From the NCBI GenBank assembly GCA_016839765.1, contig JAEOTP010000068.1, positions 1 to 64,000 on the forward strand: DNA of 64,000 nucleotides, in the 5' to 3' direction. The notes beneath the pieces were generated by a model, which made no database searches, was not told the origin of the DNA, and saw only the letters and a program-made list of their open reading frames with translations. The position numbers and the translations under genes are program-made. Of the stretch, positions 29,432 to 37,474 are shown piece after piece. Within the stretch, counting starts at the first letter, position 1, and each line of letters begins with the position of its first letter. The DNA comes from Promethearchaeota archaeon (GTDB lineage Archaea > Asgardarchaeota > Lokiarchaeia > Sigyniarchaeales > SOKP01).

Positions 29432-31810
29432 ATGCAGTTAAAGCAGACATCTCATCTAAATTATGAGGATAGAATCCTTAAAATGAAAAATAAAGTGGTC
29501 ACAGCTCCACATGAAGTATGTATTGAGAGAGCAAAATTATTCACAGAATCGTATAAAAAAACTAAAGGAGAAAGTCCTGTTATTCGCTTTGCAAAAGCAA
29601 TGGAAAATTTATTATTGAATATGACCATAGAAATTTGGGAAGACGAATTAATTGTAGGAAATCAATGTAAAAAGTTTTTTGGAACTCCATTATATCCTGA
29701 AATAAATGTGGAGTTTCTAGAACAGGATGTGGATACTTTTGAAAATCGCCTTGCGCAAAAAATGCATATTTCGGACGAGGAAAAACAAATTTTTAAGGAA
29801 GAAATTTTACCTTTTTGGAAAAGTGAGGAAAGTACTTTAAAAGAGCACTTTTTAGAAAGTTTAGATCCACAAGTGAAAAATATTATGGATTCATTAGTCT
29901 TTCTAGTTGAAACAGAATTAACTAATGGTATTGGTCATTTTTTCCCAGGTCATGAAAATATTTTAAAACATGGATTAAACGGTTTGATTAAAAAGGCAAA
30001 AATCAAGTTGAAAGGATTTTCCGTTGATACTCAAAAAGTGTCTTTTTTACAGTCTGTTATTATTGTATGTACTGCAGCCAAATCATTTATTAAAAGATTT
30101 TCATCTCTAGCAAAGAAAATGGCGGAAAAAGAAACAAATTCCGAACGACATAAGAAACTTATAGAAACTTCAGAAATTTGCTTAAATATATCTGAAAATC
30201 CTCCAAAAACTTTTAAAGAAGCACTTCAATTGGTATATTTTAATCATCTTATATGTAGACTGGAAGATGGGGGATATGCTATCAGTATTGGGCGCCTTGA
30301 CCAATTACTTTATCCATTTTTTATGAATGACATAAATATCGGAATTATTACTAAGGAAGAAGTTAAATTTTTAATTGAATGCTTTTTTCTGAAATTAACA
30401 ACTTTATGGAATTATGTCTTTTATTTAGCTATTAGTGCAGCAGAAGGACCTCCAATTACCGAGAATGTTACGATTGGGGGTTTAGATCGAAAAGGAAGTG
30501 ATGCTACTAATGAATTGTCATATATTATACTAGATGCATATACTCAAATCCAGACAGTTCAACCCACATTTTCGATAAGAATTCATCAAAACACTCCAGG
30601 AGATTTCTTAATTAAAATTGCAAAATCCGTTAAATCAGGCACAAGTATAGCTTTATTTAATGATGATTTAATGATAAGAGGTCTTATAAATCGTGGTTTT
30701 ACCCTCGAAGATGCACGAGAGTATGCACCAATTGGATGTGTAGAACCTCAACATCCAAGTAAATCATTTGGTTCAACAAATGCATGCCAACTTAATATTG
30801 TTAAATGTTTAGAATTAGCCTTAACAAATGGAAGCGATATTTTCATCAGAAGAGAAATTGGAATAAAGAGTGATAAAAAAATTAAATCTTACCAAGATCT
30901 CTGGGATTCTTTTTTAGAACAGATGAGATTTTTTATAAAAAATATGGTCTTAACAATGGATACACTCGATAGGACTATTGCTAAATTCAATCCGCAACCC
31001 TATTTATCTTCTACTATTGATAATTGTATCGAAAAGGGCTTAGATGTAACTCAGGGTGGTGCGATATATAATTTTACAGGACCCCAGTTAATTGGTTTGG
31101 CAACAGTTGCAGATAGCTTAGCAGTAATTAAAAAATTTGTTTTTGAGGATAAAATAATTTCATTCGAGGAAATGGTACAAATACTTATGAAGAATTTTAG
31201 AGGAATTTACCAAGGAAAAAAGGGTTCTGAGTGGAGGGAACTCTTTATAAACAAAGTTCCGAAATTTGGGAATGATAATGATTATGTAGATCAAATTGCT
31301 GTAGATATTGTCAAAGAATACTGTAATGAAATTTCAAAATATAATAATTATCGTGGTGGTAGCTTTAATCCAGGGGTATATTCCACTTCTTTTCATTTAA
31401 CATTTGGATCTTTTACAGGTGCATCAGCTGATGGACGAAAGTCTAGAGATCCACTCTCAAACGGTGTGGGACCTACTCATGGAAGAGATAAAAATGGTCC
31501 AACCGCAATTCTCAATTCAGTAAAAAAATTAGATACTGAATTAATAACTAATGGTACTTCTTTAATATTAGATTTTCATCCAAATACTATTAAAGAAGAT
31601 ATCTTTGTACCATTGATCAAATCATATTTTGAACCTAATGGGGGATATCACATACAATTTAATGTTATTCGCAAAGATACATTATGTAAGGCGCAGCAAA
31701 ACCCTGATGATTATCGTGGTTTAGTTGTAAGAATTGCTGGATATTCAGTCTTATTTACAGAGCTCTCAAAACCCGCACAGGATGATATAATCGCAAGAAC
31801 CCAATATTAA
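29432..31810 (+). CDS. Glycyl radical enzyme (PFL2/dehydratase-like), substrate unknown
   Basis: Single-Cys loop IGCVEP, glycyl-radical loop VRIAGYS and ASADGR. Confidence 0.95.
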   Translation: MQLKQTSHLNYEDRILKMKNKVVTAPHEVCIERAKLFTESYKKTKGESPVIRFAKAMENLLLNMTIEIWEDELIVGNQCKKFFGTPLYPEINVEFLEQDVDTFENRLAQKMHISDEEKQIFKEEILPFWKSEESTLKEHFLESLDPQVKNIMDSLVFLVETELTNGIGHFFPGHENILKHGLNGLIKKAKIKLKGFSVDTQKVSFLQSVIIVCTAAKSFIKRFSSLAKKMAEKETNSERHKKLIETSEICLNISENPPKTFKEALQLVYFNHLICRLEDGGYAISIGRLDQLLYPFFMNDINIGIITKEEVKFLIECFFLKLTTLWNYVFYLAISAAEGPPITENVTIGGLDRKGSDATNELSYIILDAYTQIQTVQPTFSIRIHQNTPGDFLIKIAKSVKSGTSIALFNDDLMIRGLINRGFTLEDAREYAPIGCVEPQHPSKSFGSTNACQLNIVKCLELALTNGSDIFIRREIGIKSDKKIKSYQDLWDSFLEQMRFFIKNMVLTMDTLDRTIAKFNPQPYLSSTIDNCIEKGLDVTQGGAIYNFTGPQLIGLATVADSLAVIKKFVFEDKIISFEEMVQILMKNFRGIYQGKKGSEWRELFINKVPKFGNDNDYVDQIAVDIVKEYCNEISKYNNYRGGSFNPGVYSTSFHLTFGSFTGASADGRKSRDPLSNGVGPTHGRDKNGPTAILNSVKKLDTELITNGTSLILDFHPNTIKEDIFVPLIKSYFEPNGGYHIQFNVIRKDTLCKAQQNPDDYRGLVVRIAGYSVLFTELSKPAQDDIIARTQY

Positions 31811-31919
31811 TCTTTTTTAATTTCGATTATCTCGTTAATTACTATATTAGCATATGTTTAAAAATGAAAAAAAATATTAGAGATACTTGTTTTAATTAAA
31901 TAACAAAATTATTAAAAAA

Positions 31920-32019
31920 GGGCCTGTAGATTAGTCGCAGATCACTTGTAGTTTGGTTCAAATTACGGATAAATTGATTCGCATTCAAGAGGCCGCGGGT
32001 TCAATTCCCGCCAGGTCCA
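31920..32019 (+). tRNA. tRNA-Ala(CGC) with a 28-nt intron at a non-canonical position (intron ~31946-31973)
   Basis: Acceptor stem GGGCCTG/CAGGTCC with G3:U70 and discriminator A. T arm GCGGG-TTCAATT-CCCGC. After intron removal the anticodon arm is CTTGA-TTCGCAT-TCAAG. CCA is not encoded. Confidence 0.9.
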
Positions 32020-32105
32020 CTTATCATTAAAAAAATAAGTATATAATTCTATATTCGTCCAGAACAACAATCTTAAATTAAAAATTACATTAAAATTGAC
32101 TTAAG

Positions 32106-34853
32106 ATGATTGATTTTAACAATTTACCACGAGTACATGATCCACAGAAAATTGAAAAGGGTATTTATGAATGGTGGGAATCACAAGGATATTTTCGCCC
32201 TGAAAAACAACGGGAATTAAATTTAGTAGAAAAAGACGGACCCCGTTTTTGTATTACACTTCCTCCTCCTAATGTAACTGGTGTACTTCATCTAGGTCAT
32301 GCGATAGTCCTTACTCTTGAAGATCTGATGACGCGTTATGAACGTATGAAACAAAAAGAAACCTTATTTCTTCCAGGAACTGACCATGCAGGTATAGCAA
32401 CTCAAAATGTTGTAGAACGGGAATTAGCTAAACAAGGGGTTTACAGAAAAGAAATTGGCCGAAAAAAATTTTTAGAAGAAGTGTGGAATTGGATAAATAG
32501 AAACCAGAGTATAATTTTAGGTCAATCCAAAAGTATGGGGGTCTCATGTGATTGGAATCGTAATAGATTTACTTTGGATGAGAAGTATTATAAATCTGTA
32601 ATAACTGCCTTTAAAATTCTTTATGATAGAGGATTAATTTATAGAGGAAAATATTTGGTTAATTGGTGTCCTGGAAAGTGTGAGTCTGCAATTTCTAATC
32701 TAGAAGCAGAAGCCGAGGAACATGAAAGTCATTTATGGTATTTAAAATATCCAATTATAACGGATGAATGGAAGGGACCAAAAGCAGAGTGGGCATCTGG
32801 TAAATGGGCAGAAGGTGTAACAGAATTTATAATATTGGCAACAACTAGACCAGAAACATTATTAGGCGATACTGGAGTTGCAATCGCACCAAGGCATCCA
32901 TATTACTCTAAATATGGAGGTAAAAAGGCCGTTTTACCAGTACTTGGTCGTGAAATCCCAATATTTGAGGATTCATATGTAGATCCAGAATTTGGAACTG
33001 GTGCTTTAAAAATCACTCCAGCTCATGATCCAAATGATTATGAAATTGGAATTAAGCTTGGTTTAGAAGCTATCACGGTAATAGATAAAACTGGTAAGAT
33101 GGTTCCAAAATACTCAGGTAAATATGCTAATATGGATCGGTTTGAGTGTAGAGATGAAATTGTTAAAGATTTAGAAAAAGAAGGTCTAATAGAAAAAATT
33201 GAACCTTATACACATATAATCGCCCATTGTCAAAGATGTAATGCAATAATTGAACCGAGAATTTCTACTCAATGGTTTATTAGAACTCGAACTATAGCAA
33301 GAGAAGCAATGGATATTGTAAGAAGTGGGTTAACAAGGATGATACCAGAAAGAGAAGAATTGCGGTTCTATCAGTGGATGGAAAAAATAGAAGATTGGTG
33401 TATCAGTCGTCAATTATGGTGGGGTCATCAAATTCCAGTATGGTATTGTTCAAATGGCCATCAAATTTGTGAACCTGAAAAACCTAAACAATGTCCTACA
33501 TGTAATGATAAAAAATTAAAGCAAGATGAGGACGTTTTAGATACTTGGTTCTCTTCTGGATTATGGCCATTTGCTACTTTAGGTTGGCCAGATCTAGAAA
33601 GTGAGGATTTCAAAAGATATTATCCCAATGATATGCGAGAAACTGGATATGATATTCTTTTCTTTTGGGTAGCTCGGGAAATGATGTTAGGATTAGAATT
33701 GACAAAACAATCACCATACCAAATGGTTTATTTTCATGGAATTATTCGCAATGAACAGGGTAAAAAAATTAGTAAATCAATGGAAAATATCAAGGAATAT
33801 GATCCTTTAAAAATTATTGAAAAATATGGTGCAGATCCACTAAGATTCACATTTATAGCCAACATGATACCCGGTAGAGACTTAAATTTGGGGGAGGGCC
33901 TTCTTAAAGCTTCAAAAAATTTTTGTAATAAGATTTGGCAATCAACTAATTATATTTTAGGTAATTTGGATAAAGCATCTGAAATAGAAAGATTTACAGC
34001 CTCATACCCTATAGAAAAGCTTAAGACTGGAGACCATTGGATTCTTTCACGATTAAATCAAATGGTAAAAAAGATAAATAATTACTATGAGGAATATGAT
34101 TATTTAAACGCATCTAGAGAAATACGATCATTTTTTTGGGATGAGTTTTGTGATTGGTATATTGAAATTTCTAAAATTCGAATTTATGATGAAAACGAGC
34201 GGAATAAAAATACACCTATATCAATTTTAATTCATGTTTTAGAAATATCACTTCGACTCCTCCATCCCATCATCCCTTTTTTAACAGAAGCTTTATGGCA
34301 AAAACTACCTAATATAGTAAAAGATGGTCCTGCTTTAATAGTAGCAAAATGGCCTGAGCCTAATGAATCATTAATCAATGACATGTTTGATGAAAATTTT
34401 AATTTAATCATAACATTAATTCATGAGATTCGACGTGTAAGAAAGGAGTTTAATGTAAAACCTGGTTTGAAAATACCCTTAATTATACAAACTGGAGACA
34501 AACGAGAATTGGTTGAAAATAATGCTTTAGAAATTATCACTCTATCTCATATAGATAAAAATCAATTTAAACTTGATGAAGCTGAGGTACCTAAACATTC
34601 TGCTCAAATTATCCTTCAAGGTATCATAAGTTACCTTCCCTTAGAGGAAGTAATTGATTTAAAAATAGAAACAGAGCGAATTTCAAAACAACTCAAATCA
34701 ATCGAGGAAAAAATACAAAAAAGTGAAAAAAAATTGAGTGGTCCTTTTACTAAGCGTGCAAATCCAGAAATAGTTCAAATCGAACGAGAAAATCTAGATG
34801 AATTAAAAGAAAGGAAGAAGATACTTGAAGATCAGCTTGAAATATTACGTTAA
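32106..34853 (+). CDS. valS: Valyl-tRNA synthetase (bacterial/eukaryotic type with C-terminal coiled-coil arm)
   Basis: PPPNVTGVLHLGH, ATTRPET, DWCISRQLWWGHQIP, DVLDTWFSSGLWPF and KISKS. Confidence 0.97.
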   Translation: MIDFNNLPRVHDPQKIEKGIYEWWESQGYFRPEKQRELNLVEKDGPRFCITLPPPNVTGVLHLGHAIVLTLEDLMTRYERMKQKETLFLPGTDHAGIATQNVVERELAKQGVYRKEIGRKKFLEEVWNWINRNQSIILGQSKSMGVSCDWNRNRFTLDEKYYKSVITAFKILYDRGLIYRGKYLVNWCPGKCESAISNLEAEAEEHESHLWYLKYPIITDEWKGPKAEWASGKWAEGVTEFIILATTRPETLLGDTGVAIAPRHPYYSKYGGKKAVLPVLGREIPIFEDSYVDPEFGTGALKITPAHDPNDYEIGIKLGLEAITVIDKTGKMVPKYSGKYANMDRFECRDEIVKDLEKEGLIEKIEPYTHIIAHCQRCNAIIEPRISTQWFIRTRTIAREAMDIVRSGLTRMIPEREELRFYQWMEKIEDWCISRQLWWGHQIPVWYCSNGHQICEPEKPKQCPTCNDKKLKQDEDVLDTWFSSGLWPFATLGWPDLESEDFKRYYPNDMRETGYDILFFWVAREMMLGLELTKQSPYQMVYFHGIIRNEQGKKISKSMENIKEYDPLKIIEKYGADPLRFTFIANMIPGRDLNLGEGLLKASKNFCNKIWQSTNYILGNLDKASEIERFTASYPIEKLKTGDHWILSRLNQMVKKINNYYEEYDYLNASREIRSFFWDEFCDWYIEISKIRIYDENERNKNTPISILIHVLEISLRLLHPIIPFLTEALWQKLPNIVKDGPALIVAKWPEPNESLINDMFDENFNLIITLIHEIRRVRKEFNVKPGLKIPLIIQTGDKRELVENNALEIITLSHIDKNQFKLDEAEVPKHSAQIILQGIISYLPLEEVIDLKIETERISKQLKSIEEKIQKSEKKLSGPFTKRANPEIVQIERENLDELKERKKILEDQLEILR

Positions 34854-34930
34854 AAAAAGATATTCTAACAAAAAATTGTTAACTTCTCTATTTTAATATT
34901 TATACTTATAAGAGATTACAAATTTACCTT

Positions 34931-35674
34931 TTGATAAAACGAGATTTAATGAAGAATGGAAAATTAGTAGTTGTAATTCCAGCGTATAATGAAGAAAATA
35001 CTATCCTTAAAGTAATTAATAATATTCCATCAATTGTAAATCTAAAGCAAGAAGTAATCGTAATTGATGATGGAAGCACTGATAAAACATTTAAACTGGT
35101 AAAAAGTACAGGTGTAACAATAATTTCTAACATGAAAAATTTAGGATTAGGATATACTTTCAAATGCGGTTTAATAAATTCATTAAAAAATGGAGCAGAC
35201 ATCATTGTAATTTTAGATGGTGATGGACAATACAATCCAAAAAACTTAGAATCCCTGATATTTCCAATATTAAATAACCAGGTGGATATAGTAATTGGAA
35301 ATCGTTTTTTATATGAAACTTCATATGAACTCAATTTTATAAAGAAATTAGGAAATAGATTATTATCTATATTTTTATCTAAAATATTATTAAAACTTGA
35401 TCAAGTTTATGATATACAATCATCATATAGGGCATTTAATGGAAAAATTGCAAAATTTCTTGTAAGAAATCTAAAAGGACATTATAATTATGCGCAAGAA
35501 ATGTTTATTCTATGCTGTCTATATGGTTTCAAAATAAAGCAGATCCCTGTTGAATGTTATAAAAGAACTTCTGGTAAATCAAGACTAATTAAAAATCCTA
35601 TTATTTACTTATTTAAGATCCTTTGGGTGATTTTTAAGACATATTTAAAAATTAAAATTAAATTATTAAAATAA
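34931..35674 (+). CDS. GT2 glycosyltransferase (dolichol-phosphate mannose synthase-like)
   Basis: VIPAYNEE, VIDDGSTD, LDGDGQY and GNR. The start is probably ATG at 34949. Confidence 0.92.
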   Translation: MIKRDLMKNGKLVVVIPAYNEENTILKVINNIPSIVNLKQEVIVIDDGSTDKTFKLVKSTGVTIISNMKNLGLGYTFKCGLINSLKNGADIIVILDGDGQYNPKNLESLIFPILNNQVDIVIGNRFLYETSYELNFIKKLGNRLLSIFLSKILLKLDQVYDIQSSYRAFNGKIAKFLVRNLKGHYNYAQEMFILCCLYGFKIKQIPVECYKRTSGKSRLIKNPIIYLFKILWVIFKTYLKIKIKLLK

Positions 35675-35681
35675 GACTATC

Positions 35682-36416
35682 CTAGGGTTGTTCTTTATCG
35701 ATTCCTAGTTGTGTAATCATCATTCTTTTAAGTTCTTCCTTATTTTTAGGCAGGCCAAACATATCAGCATATTTATCAGTCGTTGTTAATTCATGAGTTC
35801 TTCCTTTTTTCACAGCAGATATGAGGTCGTTATCTAAAAGATATTTAATATGCTCATAAGCACCACTTCCCCTTATTTTTACGACAGTTGATTTTAAAAT
35901 TGGTTGTTTTAATGCAATTACGGTTAAGGTTCTTAAATTAGCTTCTGAAATACCACCTCCTTTTGCAAATTTTGAAACGCGCTCTGTGTATTCTGGTCTT
36001 AATTGCATTTGAAACCTTTCGCCAACCTGGGCAATTATAAGTGCACTTGAGCGTTCTAAATAGTCAAAGGCTAGTTGGTTGACCAATTTCTCGACTTCTT
36101 TTTTTGGAAGCTCTAATTTAGTGGATAATTCTTCAATGTCTAATGGTCTTCCTGAAGCATAAAGTGCTCCTTCAATTAAATTTCTATTTAGTTCCGTTAA
36201 TTCAATTTGTATAGCAAATTCTGATTCTTGAGAGCTATTTTCTTGTTCTAATCCAGATCCAACTCCTATTCCGTTTAATTTTTCATTTGTTAAAGATATT
36301 GTTTGATCTTCTTCATCATTTTCATCATTTGTCTGCGATCCATCGTTAGATTTCTCTTCCTCATTATTTATTTGATTATTACCCACAAATTTATAATTAT
36401 CATCATTATCTTTCAT
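35682..36416 (-). CDS. scpB: Segregation and condensation protein B (kite)
   Basis: IEGALYASGRPL, LRTLTVIALKQPI...IRGSGAYEHIKYL and TTDKYADMFGL; acidic N-terminal extension. Confidence 0.93.
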   Translation of the reverse strand: MKDNDDNYKFVGNNQINNEEEKSNDGSQTNDENDEEDQTISLTNEKLNGIGVGSGLEQENSSQESEFAIQIELTELNRNLIEGALYASGRPLDIEELSTKLELPKKEVEKLVNQLAFDYLERSSALIIAQVGERFQMQLRPEYTERVSKFAKGGGISEANLRTLTVIALKQPILKSTVVKIRGSGAYEHIKYLLDNDLISAVKKGRTHELTTTDKYADMFGLPKNKEELKRMMITQLGIDKEQP

Positions 36417-36442
36417 AAAATTTCTCCTAATAGTGTAAATTA

Positions 36443-37459
36443 TTATTTCTTTAGGGTAATCACAAAATCCTTAAAATCTTCATCTTGAGATAAAGTTAGC
36501 CTACTATTATTAGATAAAAACATTAATGCTAAGAACATTCTTACAAACGCAAACTTTTTATCTATATCATTTTCTTCTTCATTTTTAATTATTTCAGTTA
36601 TATCGAAAAAACTCGTTTCCTTATTATCAAATTCTGTTTTTGCCTTTATTCTATTATACCAAGAATCGTGTAATTCTTCTATACTTTGTTCTCTACCACT
36701 AATATGTTTTAATAACTCTTTTGGTAATCTGGCGTTTGATTTCATATGTATTCTTTGTTCCTTTAATTCATCTCTACGTAATCGTCGCCTTCTTAGCTTT
36801 TCTTTATTTTGCATTGTTTCTATAATTGCTGATCGCATTGCTTCAAACAATTCTTCCTTAGTAGATACTAGTAATTTTGGTTGAATGGGTTGAGGTAAGG
36901 TTTTAGGAATTGATCTCCCATGTCTTTGTCTGAATTTTTCAAGTTCTTCTTTTTTTTGAATTATTTCTTCTTCCTTTATAATACTCGATATTTTATAATG
37001 ATGTAAATAAGCAGAATTTTTTAGGGCAATTCCAGAAATTTTATAATTGATCAATTCTTCGTGAAGCATATTGCTAAAGAATTTATCAACTAGGGAAGCT
37101 AAATCATAAAAAGCTATATCTGAATCTTTTGCTAATTCAAAATCTAGTAAGCTAGAAAAAGGAGGTTTTTGCCAAAATTTTAACTCCAGTCTTTCTTTTT
37201 GTAATAGAGCAGGATCTTCTTCTTCGCCCGCTATTAATTCTTCTTCTAAAACCTCATCTAACTCATCTTCCTTGGTTCTATCTATAAATTCAGGATGGGA
37301 TACTACATCATTCAGTAATTTTATTATATCATTCTTTTTAGATTTAGAGGGGATAGTTATATTATTCTGTGTAGCAAAATCTCTTAACTCTTTTACAGTC
37401 CAATCTTTAAAATTATATCCCTCCTTTATGCCATTTTCTTTCGAAATTTCTAGCACCAC
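36443..37459 (-). CDS. scpA: Kleisin ScpA with an N-terminal SAP/HeH-like domain
   Basis: Lies between smc and scpB. Kleisin N-domain YDLASLVDKF..ISGIALKNSAYLHHYK; C-terminal wH FVRMFLALMFLSNNSRLTLSQDEDFKDF. Confidence 0.85.
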   Translation of the reverse strand: MVLEISKENGIKEGYNFKDWTVKELRDFATQNNITIPSKSKKNDIIKLLNDVVSHPEFIDRTKEDELDEVLEEELIAGEEEDPALLQKERLELKFWQKPPFSSLLDFELAKDSDIAFYDLASLVDKFFSNMLHEELINYKISGIALKNSAYLHHYKISSIIKEEEIIQKKEELEKFRQRHGRSIPKTLPQPIQPKLLVSTKEELFEAMRSAIIETMQNKEKLRRRRLRRDELKEQRIHMKSNARLPKELLKHISGREQSIEELHDSWYNRIKAKTEFDNKETSFFDITEIIKNEEENDIDKKFAFVRMFLALMFLSNNSRLTLSQDEDFKDFVITLKK

Positions 37460-37474
37460 ATTTTTTTGATAAAT

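Noticed and set aside
28108-32019. tRNA-anchored integrated element (dam plus GRE next to tRNA-Ala)
   Set aside because: I found no integrase and no duplicated tRNA end, and the genes lie 5' of the tRNA.
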